Source of the DNA: Candidatus Poribacteria bacterium | Lineage (GTDB): Bacteria; Poribacteria; WGA-4E; WGA-3G | Direction of reading: 5' to 3' | DNA: 64,000 bases | NCBI GenBank assembly: GCA_965214095.1 | Contig: OZ243938.1 | Coordinates: forward strand, 1,554,197-1,618,196 | Shown here: piece after piece, positions 1 through 9,185 of the stretch | How the letters are laid out: each line of letters opens with the position of its first letter | Numbering within the stretch: position 1 is the stretch's first letter | Made by a program: the position numbers and the translations under genes | Notes under the pieces: generated by a model | The model's database searches: none | Told to the model about the DNA's origin: nothing | The model's input: only the letters and a program-made list of their open reading frames with translations

Positions 1-997
1 CAAGAATTTGTCCGTCTTTGGTCGCACCTGTTTTGATTTTGATAACACATCCGGGTGCTGGTCTGCCATCAAGGAATTCTTCTTCCCGCGTCATTTGTAC
101 ACGAACTGGTCGTCCGGCTTTTTGTGAGAGCAGTACAGCAGGAACGTGCGTGATAATCACGCCAAAACGTCCACCAAAACCGCCACCCATCGTAGTTCCG
201 ATGACGTTGATTTGTGTGAGAGGGATACCGAGTGTGCCAGCAATACCGGATCGGATAGCAAAAGGGCCTTGCGTAGATGCCCACACCGTAACCTTACCTG
301 AAGAATCTGCACTTGCTACTGAGACATGCGGTTCCATGTATGTTTGATGAACACGAGGAATCACATAAGTATCTTCAACGACGACATCAGATTCAGCAAA
401 TCCTTTTTCAACATCTCCAGCTTCTGTGTGCGTTTCTGCAGAAATGTTATAGTAAATTTCATCAGAATATTTTTCTAATTCTGCCTGAAGTTTGCGAATT
501 GTATCGTTATTGCCATCTGAATCTGCATCAGACAGTTCCTTTATTTTTCCGTTGATGCTTCGCCGGTTTGGACCATCTTTTGTCTCATCCCCGTGCAAAC
601 GAGGAGCAGATGGTTTTATTGATTCTATGACATCTTGCACAACCGGTAGCACTTCATATTCAATTTTGATGAGTTCTGCTGCTTCTTCAGCAACATCTGC
701 GTCTGTAGCAGCGACAGCTGCGAGAGGTTCACCTAAGTAAAGCACTTTATCCGTAGCAAAGACACGGCGTCCGCTTGGTACATCGTCTTGTGTAACAATT
801 GCCCTGACTCCAGGGAGTTTTTCTGCTTCGCTTGTGTCAATACTGAGGATATTCGCGTGTGCGTGTTTGCTACGAACGATTTTGCCATAGAGCATACCAG
901 CAGGATGAATATCTGCACCATATTGCGCTGCACCCGTTACTTTTTCAACTGCATCCACGCGCGGCAGTTTTTTACCGACAACCGAATAATCTGACAT
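1..997 (-). CDS. Molybdopterin-binding large subunit of a xanthine dehydrogenase/CO dehydrogenase-family Mo-hydroxylase (CoxL/XdhA-like). It is truncated at the window edge.
   Basis: My reverse-strand translation begins MSDYSVVGKKLPRVDAVEKVTGAAQYGADI...GGGFGG, the typical N-terminus of the aldehyde oxidase/xanthine dehydrogenase a/b-hammerhead and MoCo-binding subunit. The start codon at 995-997 is preceded by GGAG. The ORF runs off position 1, which is why the ORF track (complete ORFs only) did not list it. Confidence 0.85.
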   Translation of the reverse strand, partial: MSDYSVVGKKLPRVDAVEKVTGAAQYGADIHPAGMLYGKIVRSKHAHANILSIDTSEAEKLPGVRAIVTQDDVPSGRRVFATDKVLYLGEPLAAVAATDADVAEEAAELIKIEYEVLPVVQDVIESIKPSAPRLHGDETKDGPNRRSINGKIKELSDADSDGNNDTIRKLQAELEKYSDEIYYNISAETHTEAGDVEKGFAESDVVVEDTYVIPRVHQTYMEPHVSVASADSSGKVTVWASTQGPFAIRSGIAGTLGIPLTQINVIGTTMGGGFGGRFGVIITHVPAVLLSQKAGRPVRVQMTREEEFLDGRPAPGCVIKIKTGATKDGQIL

Positions 998-1033
998 CCA
1001 ATTCTCCTTTCTCCGTTTATTATCTCTTTATGA

Positions 1034-1276
1034 CTACGCTTCTGCAACATTGGCAGTAGTGGGGATTTGTATTTTCCCACGTCCAATGGCAGTATTACAT
1101 CTCTTGCAGACTTTGAATGTCTGTTCATCCACTTCGCGTGAATAAAGCACCTTTACACCTGTCCGTCCACAAGCGGGACATGTTCCACGTCCGTTATTGT
1201 ATATGCCTTCATGGACATTGCCGTTGGGATCAACATATAGGTGTCTGATTCCTGAGCCACGATGTGTTTTTGCCAT
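1034..1276 (-). CDS. Small zinc-ribbon protein (CPAC...CKRC) inserted between coxS and coxL.
   Basis: The 80-aa ORF has two CxxC pairs. AAGGAG lies 7 nt upstream of its ATG. It is co-directional with and inside the coxM-coxS-coxL gene order. Confidence 0.55.
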   Translation of the reverse strand: MAKTHRGSGIRHLYVDPNGNVHEGIYNNGRGTCPACGRTGVKVLYSREVDEQTFKVCKRCNTAIGRGKIQIPTTANVAEA

Positions 1277-1320
1277 CTTTTTCTCCTTTATAATTTCGGC
1301 AGATTTATTCTGCTTGTTCT

Positions 1321-1836
1321 TTATGAGTTAGTACGTATCTCTTCTGCTGCTTGTAGAACGGCTTCAAGAATCTTTGTATATCCAGTGCACCGGCAGATGT
1401 TGCCACCAAGTGCAAACCTGAATTCTTCTTCAGTCCGATTTGGATTTTCGTCTACGAGTGCTTTTGATGCCATGATAAAACCGGGTGTGCAAAATCCGCA
1501 CTGGTAACCACCGGTATCAATAAATGCTTGTTGAATAGGATGGAGTTCACCTTCGCTGGCTAAACCTTCAATAGTAGTGATTTCTTTTCCAGAGGCGGTA
1601 ACGCCAAGTACCATACAGGATGTGACCGCTTTTCCATCAACGATGACGGTGCAGGCACCGCAATCTCCCGTGCTACATCCTTCTTTAGTTCCTGTCAAAC
1701 CGATTGTATCGCGAAGCACTGCAAGTAGCGTTTTGCGAGGTTCAACCAGCAAATCGTGTTCATCTCCATTAACTTTTAGACTGACAGGGTGTTTTGGCGA
1801 AGCTTGCAAGCCAAAACTTGTATTAGATCGTGACAT
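1321..1836 (-). CDS. [2Fe-2S]-binding small subunit of the Mo-hydroxylase (CoxS-like).
   Basis: It has the GCSTGDCGACTV and CGFCTPG...CRCTGY cysteine motifs. The second in-frame ATG (MSRSNTS...) has AAGGAG 6 nt upstream, so I chose it as the start. Confidence 0.9.
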   Translation of the reverse strand: MSRSNTSFGLQASPKHPVSLKVNGDEHDLLVEPRKTLLAVLRDTIGLTGTKEGCSTGDCGACTVIVDGKAVTSCMVLGVTASGKEITTIEGLASEGELHPIQQAFIDTGGYQCGFCTPGFIMASKALVDENPNRTEEEFRFALGGNICRCTGYTKILEAVLQAAEEIRTNS

Positions 1837-1897
1837 TTCTTCTCCTTGTTTCATAGTTACGATATAAAGAGGTTGCTAAGATACAAATGCAATTTCC

Positions 1898-2746
1898 TTA
1901 TGCTCTATCTATAGCGAGTTGTAGGGTTCGTCTTGTAAGGACATTAACCATTTCCTTGCGGTGTTCAGCGGAGCAGCGTAGATCGGATATTGGACTGGTT
2001 GCGGCTGCGGCTGCTTCACCTGCTTGATCCAGAAGTTCAGATGTGATTTCTTTACCTTTTAGGAGATCTTCCGCTTCAGTCGCTCGGATAGGAGTAGGAG
2101 CAACAGCGGCGAGTCCAATTCGTGCCTCAGTAATCGTTCCGTTGTCTATATTGACTGCGGATGCCACACCGATGAATGCCAAGTCCATGACTTCACGGAT
2201 TTTATGCTTGATATAGTGGGAACCAGATGCAGGACTCGGTAGACGGAATTGTGTAATGATCTCACCGGGTTTTAGGACAGTTTGTCCGGGGCCTGTGAAA
2301 AGTTCATTGATAGGTACTGAGCGTTCTCCATCCGTACTTGCGATGTCAACCTGTGCATCAGCAACGAGTAGACCAGCAACTGTATCTGCTGCAGGAGATG
2401 CATGCGCGATATTTCCTCCGATAGTTGCGAGGTTCCGAATCTGAATGGATCCAATTTCCGACGCGCCTTCTGCTAATGCTGTGTGGTGTTTTTGGACATC
2501 ATCGGACAATTCAACATCACGCACTTTTGTCATCGCCCCGATAGTGATACTACCATCTGAATCGGTTGTTATGTCATTGAGCCCTTGGATTTTCTGTAGG
2601 CTAATTACGGATTGCGGTGTTTCGGTATATGCCTTCATGCCGATAACAAGGTCTGTTCCGCCTGCAAGGAGTTGTGCGTGTTCTTCTGCAAACAAACGAG
2701 ACGCTTCCGCGAGGGTGGTCGGTTCAAAATATTCAAAACTTTTCAC
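1898..2746 (-). CDS. FAD-binding medium subunit of the Mo-hydroxylase (CoxM-like).
   Basis: It has the LLAGGTDL motif of the FAD-binding domain of molybdopterin dehydrogenases. GGAGG lies 5 nt upstream of the ATG. Confidence 0.85.
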   Translation of the reverse strand: MKSFEYFEPTTLAEASRLFAEEHAQLLAGGTDLVIGMKAYTETPQSVISLQKIQGLNDITTDSDGSITIGAMTKVRDVELSDDVQKHHTALAEGASEIGSIQIRNLATIGGNIAHASPAADTVAGLLVADAQVDIASTDGERSVPINELFTGPGQTVLKPGEIITQFRLPSPASGSHYIKHKIREVMDLAFIGVASAVNIDNGTITEARIGLAAVAPTPIRATEAEDLLKGKEITSELLDQAGEAAAAATSPISDLRCSAEHRKEMVNVLTRRTLQLAIDRA

Positions 2747-2930
2747 ATCTGTTCCTCCGTTTCATTTATTATTTAACGACAATAGATCTCATGTTTTCTT
2801 ACTTATAAGGATACCCAATTACAGCACAATTGTCAACCTAAATCCTGGTCTATAAAGTTTATGTATCGCAACTGAAAGAATATATTATCACCCTTCTGAG
2901 ATCATATTTTGCATTAACCCATTTTAAATA

Positions 2931-3449
2931 TTAACCCATTTCAAATATAGTAAAGATAGGAATATTCCCTGTTTTTTCTCGTCCATTAAGTTCCGGTAGT
3001 TCAATTAAGAGGGCAATACCTACAATGTCTCCTTCCAATTTTTCTACAAGCTCTATTGTTGCAGCAAGTGTACCACCGGTAGCCAAGAGATCATCACATA
3101 CAAGCACACGACTTCCTTTTGGAAAAGCATCTTGATGAATAGTGAGTGTATCATTACCGTATTCAAGTTCGTAGGTCACTTGATATGTGTGGTATGGTAG
3201 CTTTCCCTCTTTACGAACAGGAGCAAAGGCTGCCCCCATGCGGTACGCAAGTGCCGAAGCAAAAATGAATCCCCTTGCTTCGGGACCTACAATTACGTCA
3301 ATTTCCTCATGTTTGTAATGGTCTGCGTATACCTCAATTACTGCATTGAAGACAGCGGCATTTCCTAAAAGCGGGGTAATGTCTTTAAATATAATACCTG
3401 GTTTTGGATAATCTGGTATATATCGGATAAACTTGGATAAACCTTCCAT
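2931..3449 (-). CDS. apt: Adenine phosphoribosyltransferase.
   Basis: It is 172 aa with an APRT-like N-terminus (IPDYPKPGIIFKDITPLL) and the PRTase motif VLVCDDLLATGGT. Confidence 0.85.
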   Translation of the reverse strand: MEGLSKFIRYIPDYPKPGIIFKDITPLLGNAAVFNAVIEVYADHYKHEEIDVIVGPEARGFIFASALAYRMGAAFAPVRKEGKLPYHTYQVTYELEYGNDTLTIHQDAFPKGSRVLVCDDLLATGGTLAATIELVEKLEGDIVGIALLIELPELNGREKTGNIPIFTIFEMG

Positions 3450-3478
3450 AGTGTAAAAATACTCCTATAAATGGATAT

Positions 3479-4732
3479 TTACATTCCAGAAGGTGTAGGC
3501 CATCCGGGTGTCGGTTCGGTACGGAGTGCTTCTATTTCATACAACTCTTCCACGCTAATTTCACGTTTCAGTTTTGCAGATAGGAGCGCACCGCTCATAA
3601 TCTCTGTTGTTTTCAAACCGACATCACCATTGCTAACGGGTTGTGCATCACTGTTGCAGGCATCAAGAAAGTCACGAAACTTATCGGGGAAACTCCTATC
3701 AGGAAGTTCTAACGGTGTTTCTTTAAGGTTACCTTGGTATCGTCTACGATTACCTTTATCGTCTGTTTCCCATTTTCCTTTTTCAAGGAAGAGTTTATCT
3801 CCACTGAACGACCCTTTAGAGCCGAAGATGAAAATGCCTTGGGGTTGTCCTGCCATGTTGCTTGACCAACCGTGTTCATAAGTAAACGACATACCGTTTG
3901 TAAATCGGACAAATACTGATACGAATTCCTCAACATCGTTAATCTCTTCACCGGTATATTCTGGAGGCATGCCACGATATGCGATACCACTGATTGTGGC
4001 GGGTTGTGGTGAACCGAGCAGATAGATTGAACGGTTGATGTCGTAGACACCGGTGTCATAGGTCGTACCACCGCCGCTGTAAGCTGAGTTTAGGAACCAT
4101 TTGCCGAAACCGAACATGTCAACATTGGGTCTGCCACGGAGACGGTAACTGGTAAGTCTACCATAGTGGACATCACCGATTTTTCCAGAGGTGACATACT
4201 CGCGGATTGCATAACTCGTTTTGTTGAGACATGTGCCACCGCTCTGATATGCAAGTTTCACACCTGCTTTGTCAGTTGCATCGCGCATGTTTCTTGCTTC
4301 TGTTGCTGTGCGTGCCATCGGTTTTTCACAGAAGACATGGAGACCTGCTTTGGCTGCTGCCACTGTGGGTGCTTCATGAACGAATGGAGGGGTAGCAAGA
4401 CTGACTGCGTCTAAATCACACTCCTTTATCATCTCATTGAAGTCATTGTATATTTTTACACCGTTGTCTTTATATTCTGTCCAACGTGCTGCGTTCTCTT
4501 TCAAATGTTCTTTCGCTTCAGCGGAATCCGATTTTTTTGCTTCCTCTGTTGCCGAGTTAGCACGACCTTCTGCACCTGAAAGCACCTCTGCAGCTCTACG
4601 TTGTGCGTTTGCATCCACCGTATCGCATACTGCAACGATTTCTGCATGTCGTGGATGGGCAAGATAACCGTTGACGTGTGAACCGGATATCATGCCGCAA
4701 CCGATTAGTCCTATTCTGATCCTTTTTGCCAT
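3479..4732 (-). CDS. Gfo/Idh/MocA-family NAD(P)-dependent oxidoreductase.
   Basis: The N-terminal Rossmann motif is MAKRIRIGLIGCGMI. It is 417 aa. AAGGAG is present upstream. Confidence 0.8.
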   Translation of the reverse strand: MAKRIRIGLIGCGMISGSHVNGYLAHPRHAEIVAVCDTVDANAQRRAAEVLSGAEGRANSATEEAKKSDSAEAKEHLKENAARWTEYKDNGVKIYNDFNEMIKECDLDAVSLATPPFVHEAPTVAAAKAGLHVFCEKPMARTATEARNMRDATDKAGVKLAYQSGGTCLNKTSYAIREYVTSGKIGDVHYGRLTSYRLRGRPNVDMFGFGKWFLNSAYSGGGTTYDTGVYDINRSIYLLGSPQPATISGIAYRGMPPEYTGEEINDVEEFVSVFVRFTNGMSFTYEHGWSSNMAGQPQGIFIFGSKGSFSGDKLFLEKGKWETDDKGNRRRYQGNLKETPLELPDRSFPDKFRDFLDACNSDAQPVSNGDVGLKTTEIMSGALLSAKLKREISVEELYEIEALRTEPTPGWPTPSGM

Positions 4733-4865
4733 TCTAATGCTCCTTAGTAAATTCTGATGTATCCTTTAATTATACTATAGTTTGGACAGTTTTTTGAGGA
4801 CTTGAACAGTGCTCTGGACAAGGAGCATCACAGTCATCGGACCTATTTCTTGAATGATACACCTG

Positions 4866-4929
4866 TCGCCCCGCTGGGGCTTGCATTGGTCGGGGCACAG
4901 TTTTCTATACACATTCCGCCCCGCTGGGG
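4866..4929. promoter_or_regulatory. Two copies of the GC-rich hairpin motif CGCCCCGCTGGGGC (GCCCC-GCT-GGGGC) sit about 50 bp apart in a divergent intergenic region.
   Basis: The motif is at 4866-4879 and 4916-4929. Each copy is self-complementary. It lies between the starts of divergently transcribed genes (4732 on the minus strand and 5202 on the plus strand). Confidence 0.35.
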
Positions 4930-5201
4930 CTGCTCATTTTGATATTTTCACACTTTTTCATCAAAGTATTATCCTATCCAAAACTCACAATATATTGCAA
5001 ATGCCAGCAATATCAGTGTGTAACCAAGAGAAATTGTCCAAACTATAGTAATTATAGATGTATTATTCTTTTTGTCAAGAAATAGTTAAAGTCCAGATGT
5101 GTAGAGTCTTTGTCAAGACATCTCAATAACCGTTTCTTGTAAATTTTGGTTAATTTTGATAATCTATTATTCAACAGAACAATGAATTTTGGAGAATGTT
5201 A

Positions 5202-6038
5202 ATGTTTACTATTCAGTCCACTTTAACCGAAGAGGAAAAGTGGTCCTTTGATTTACATGGATTCCTCGTTTTGCGGAATGTCCTCTCAAGAGATCAAATT
5301 GATGAGATGTTAGCTGTGCTGCAGCATTGGCTAACAATAGATGAATCAGACATCCCACAACCATTACACCGTGGCAGACAAGAACCGTGTAAAACACATA
5401 TAAACCATATACAATATGGACATCGTCTGTTTCAAGACCTTGCCATGAACTCACATATTATTCGAGTTGTAGCAGGATTAATGATGAACGCACCGCGTCT
5501 CTTTCATAACAATTTCACGATGATGACAAGGCACGATTTTCCTCAACATTTTCATCGTGATGATAGCGGGTTTAAGTTTCCACCGGATTTCAGCAATCCG
5601 CATAACGATTATCAAGCAGGTGGAGGACATATCTATTGTAACCATATTGCAACATGGGTGGCATTGGTGGATGTGCCAGAGGAAACAGGATTTTGCCTTG
5701 TCCCCGGCAGTCATAAATCTCAATTTCAAACGCCAGAAGGTTTACCTGTCAAACACGATCCACCTACCTCAATCACGTTACCGATGCAGGCGGGAGATGT
5801 TGCCATTTTTTCAACGAACCTGCTCCATGATGCAAGCCCGTGGACAGAGGATTATCCTCGTATGAACATATTTCAACGGTATCAGTTGAGTGTGTATTTC
5901 AATGAAGGTGGAAAGGGAGGGTATCCGTTTGATGAATATCGTAATCAGATTTGTGAGGAACAGTATGAACTGGAATCGTTTTCTAAAGAACTGAAGGCAG
6001 TTGTTAAACGCATTTTACCAAATAGAGGTGGTGAATGA
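5202..6038 (+). CDS. Phytanoyl-CoA dioxygenase (PhyH)-family Fe(II)/2-oxoglutarate dioxygenase.
   Basis: The HxD...H arrangement (HFHRDDS ... VPGSHKS) and the overall PhyH-like sequence support this. GGAGA lies 6 nt before the ATG at 5202. Confidence 0.7.
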   Translation: MFTIQSTLTEEEKWSFDLHGFLVLRNVLSRDQIDEMLAVLQHWLTIDESDIPQPLHRGRQEPCKTHINHIQYGHRLFQDLAMNSHIIRVVAGLMMNAPRLFHNNFTMMTRHDFPQHFHRDDSGFKFPPDFSNPHNDYQAGGGHIYCNHIATWVALVDVPEETGFCLVPGSHKSQFQTPEGLPVKHDPPTSITLPMQAGDVAIFSTNLLHDASPWTEDYPRMNIFQRYQLSVYFNEGGKGGYPFDEYRNQICEEQYELESFSKELKAVVKRILPNRGGE

Positions 6039-6799
6039 AACTAAAGAATCAGGTATGTATTATTACAGGTGGTGGTAGTGGCATTGGTCGTGATGCAGCC
6101 ATCAAAATGGCACAGGAAGGTGCTAAGGTTGTGATTATTGGGAGAACAGAGTCTAAGTTAGATGCTGTCAAAACAGAAGTAGAAACTGTAGGAGGAATAG
6201 CGGTAAGTTGTACGCTTGATGTATCTGACTACGATGCAGTTCTACAGATGGCAAACGATGTGCATGACAACTTTGGAAAGATTGATATCCTTGTGAACAA
6301 TGCTGGACACAGTTCACACAATCGTAGACTCCTCAATACGACACCTGAGGAGGTGCGTTCAGTCGTTGATTCAAATCTGATTGGGACATTTTTCTGCACA
6401 CAAGCGGTTGTGCCTGCAATGCTGAAAGCAAAATCGGGAACAATTATCAATATATCTTCGCTTGCGGCGGTCACGCCGGGTCCTTTTAGTGGCTTCGCTT
6501 ACGGCGCGGCAAAAGCAGGAGTGATAAACTTCACCGAGTTTCTTAACAACGATTTGAGGAATACAGGCATTAGGGCAAGTGTGATAATTCCTGGAGAGGT
6601 AGCAACACCTATTTTGGATAACCGTCCAATTCCACCAGATGATGATGCACGTACAATGATGGTAGATGTCGCAGAAACATCAGAGGCAATACTGCTCATT
6701 GCAACTCTACCACCACGGAGTAACATACCGGAATTGGTGATCCGTCCTACAATGCACCGTGATATGGCGGGGGAAGTCGTTGAATTAGATGAACAATAA
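6035..6799 (+). CDS. Short-chain dehydrogenase/reductase (SDR).
   Basis: TGGGSGIGRD, NNAG and YGAAKAG are the classical SDR motifs. Its start overlaps the stop of the upstream gene (ATGA). Confidence 0.9.
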   Translation: MKLKNQVCIITGGGSGIGRDAAIKMAQEGAKVVIIGRTESKLDAVKTEVETVGGIAVSCTLDVSDYDAVLQMANDVHDNFGKIDILVNNAGHSSHNRRLLNTTPEEVRSVVDSNLIGTFFCTQAVVPAMLKAKSGTIINISSLAAVTPGPFSGFAYGAAKAGVINFTEFLNNDLRNTGIRASVIIPGEVATPILDNRPIPPDDDARTMMVDVAETSEAILLIATLPPRSNIPELVIRPTMHRDMAGEVVELDEQ

Positions 6800-6800
6800 C

Positions 6801-7958
6801 TTAAGGTTTGTATATGGTTGTTTCAGGATAGAAACGTGCCCAAGCAAACCAGTAGATGTTGACAGAGGATAGCCGTTGTAAACGTTTCCCCTTGTGTTTA
6901 CCTGATGTCGCTTTACCAGTAATGAGATTCCATTCTGTACCGGAGTTATCTTTAGCGAAATGACCATCCGTGGATGTAAAAAGTATCACTTTATTGTCTA
7001 CTATACGCCTAAAAACAGAGGTTGCAAACGACTCTTTGTCGTGAAAAATTAACAAAGGCACACCGTTGACTGTATCGTTGAGTATAGCGGTTTTCGCAAA
7101 TTGTGTAAGCGGATAAGCACTATACTGTGTTTTATAATGGGCAACTGCACCAGGAGCACCATCTTGTCCATCAGCACCATCTTGTCCATCAGCACCATCT
7201 TGTCCATCAGCACCTGCCGCTCCATCTAATCCGTCCTCACCATGTTTTCGTTGGACTTGGACTCCGATCACAAGGGATTTATTAGGAAGTCTTTTATCGG
7301 TATATTTCATGCCACTTACACCAGTGTCTCGGCTGGCGTGATACCTTTGATATGTATCATGACTCAGACTTTCAACCATACGTCCCCTAAATGGAATTGA
7401 AAGAACTTTCGTATCAGGGTAATTTGTCATCCACTTATTCCACTCAATTTGTGGCATAGAAGCAAGAGGTTTTAATTGTTTGCCTTTCAACGGTCCCTGT
7501 ATCGCTTTTCCAGTGATGTGTGACCAGAGGGAACGCGTTTGATGATCGTACATTAACAGTGAATCTCTCCATAATTTTCCACTGACACCGAAGGTATAGG
7601 TTTCTCCTTCCAGTTCCCGACTATACACGATAGCCGTATTGCAAAGTGGTCACCATGTGGTAGCGATTTTCTCTCCACCGACAACATCGTTGACAATCTC
7701 ATGTCCGTTCAGTAGATAGATTGAGTATGCATGGCTCTCATCGTTGAATGTTACACCGATGACCGGTGCATCCATGTCTAATTTTGCTTTGGCAGCTGGT
7801 ACGAACTGTGGTTTTATGATTGCGGGGATTGCATCAAAACGGAGTAGGGTTTTGATCGGATCGTTGTCATATTCTGCTGCGGTTGCACAAAGGGTGGCGG
7901 AGCATAAAAGCGTGAGAATAAGGGTGTAATGTTTCATCATCTTTCCTTGCTTTTCCAA
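6801..7958 (-). CDS. DUF3179-family secreted protein. It is interrupted by a single in-frame TGA at the first Cys of the conserved CPLC motif (a selenocysteine candidate or a nonsense pseudogene). It also carries a collagen-like GADGQD repeat insertion.
   Basis: ORF 7650..7958 (which includes a signal-peptide-like N-terminus and ends ...VVGGEKIATTW-TGA) continues in the same frame as PLCNTAIVYSRELEGETYTFGVSGKLW...SLWSHITGKAIQGPLKGKQL, which is ORF 6801..7628. The only interruption is the TGA at 7650-7652. Confidence 0.6.
7161..7214. repeat. Perfect 18-bp tandem repeat x3 (ATCTTGTCCATCAGCACC) inside the DUF3179 coding sequence. It encodes (GADGQD)n collagen-like triplets.
   Basis: The three copies at 7161-7178, 7179-7196 and 7197-7214 are identical. 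Confidence 0.9.
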
Positions 7959-8104
7959 TGAGAATGTGTTATAAAATTCTTGTCTAACTGGATAGAATTA
8001 TACACCAATAAACGTAGGATAACAAATCAAAACAGTAGGAAATAATGGAACCACCAAAAGCATTTGCCTCATATTCACATGATTCTGATGAACACAAACA
8101 GTAG

Positions 8105-8437
8105 ATGCTAACAAAATAATCTCCATAGGCATCAATTTAGGAGGGATTACGCTATAATCCCAGGTCGGTAGGTTCGGTTTCCTAACCGAACCATAGGCGT
8201 CAATTTAAGAGAATTACGCTATAATTCCAGGCTGGTAGGTTCGGTTTCCTAACCGAACCGGATCTTCCGCGAGAACCGTCTATCAAAGATTTTGGCACAA
8301 AGCCGGTTCGGTTAGGAAACCGAACCTACCGGTACTTGGAAGGATGCTAAATTGACGCTTATGGTTCGGTTTCCTAACCGAACCTACCGACCCTGGAAAG
8401 ACGCTAAATTGACATCCATGGTGCTAACAAAATAATC
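8105..8437. repeat. Composite palindromic MITE/REP-like intergenic element. Four ~65-bp units each end in the 22-bp perfect palindrome GGTTCGGTTTCCTAACCGAACC. Two units are forward and two inverted. The element is flanked by 17-bp direct repeats GCTAACAAAATAATCTC.
   Basis: The flanking direct repeats are at 8105-8121 and 8421-8437. Unit copies lie at about 8127-8193, 8194-8259, 8303-8360 and 8363-8420. Confidence 0.7.
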
Positions 8438-8513
8438 TCTTATACTCCATTCACAACGTTGGCATCTTTGTAGTCACCGCTTAGCACATCAATCGGTTGC
8501 GGCTTAGTAATAA

Positions 8514-8795
8514 TTATCTGACACGTTTTCCTTTTATCTGAGCCAAAGCCATGAGAGCTTCAATCCGTTTCAGGTTACGAATTTCCAATTGATGCAACAA
8601 CGTATGATACTCGGAAAGTTCATCTTCGCTTATAGTTTGATTTTTACACTTGTGCAACAGATCCTGATAACGTATCTGATCTTTTTCCGGTAATCGTGAA
8701 TTTTCTTGAATGATCTCTAACAAGATGCTTTCCTGATTGGTATCCTGTGCTGAAGTCAATTCTTTGTTATAATTCTGTGATTTTGTATGTTTCAT
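8514..8795 (-). CDS. Hypothetical small protein (93 aa).
   Basis: It is an ORF of plausible size in an otherwise empty region. I recognised no motif. Confidence 0.35.
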   Translation of the reverse strand: MKHTKSQNYNKELTSAQDTNQESILLEIIQENSRLPEKDQIRYQDLLHKCKNQTISEDELSEYHTLLHQLEIRNLKRIEALMALAQIKGKRVR

Positions 8796-9185
8796 TTGCT
8801 TCCATCCTTCGCTGACAGTTCCGGTGAAAATTACGACGGTAACTGTCTGTGTGCGGGTATCAACCTATATTTTGACATACCTTTTTCGTTTAAGTATCGT
8901 AAAGCATTCGATTAGATCATTGTTGAAATAAGAGAAGTTGTATTTAGAGTTTATGCCACTAAACGTTAATAGTGCAGTAAGCGTTTACACTACCTTAAAG
9001 CAGACACAAACCATAAGACGCGAGTTGCTTTCATTGAAATTATACTATAGGAAACGCAAGGATTAACTAAACTCATGTTGGTATGCTGGTTTCTAACAAA
9101 ATACTTGCATCTTTTCGTATTTATGATATAATCTGAATCAAAATATTAGTTTATCCAATATCATATTGAGAGGAGATTGTTGCCT

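Noticed and set aside
18-933. Plus-strand ORFs 18..347, 313..555, 492..740 and 788..994.
   Set aside because: The minus strand here encodes the CoxL-like large subunit, which has clear family motifs and an RBS. These plus-strand ORFs are shadow frames in GC-rich coding DNA.
8105-8437. A possible CRISPR array, considered because of the repeated 22-bp palindromes.
   Set aside because: The repeat units occur in both orientations, their spacing is irregular, the intervening sequences are related to each other (not unique spacers), and no cas genes are nearby. It is better described as a MITE/REP-like composite.
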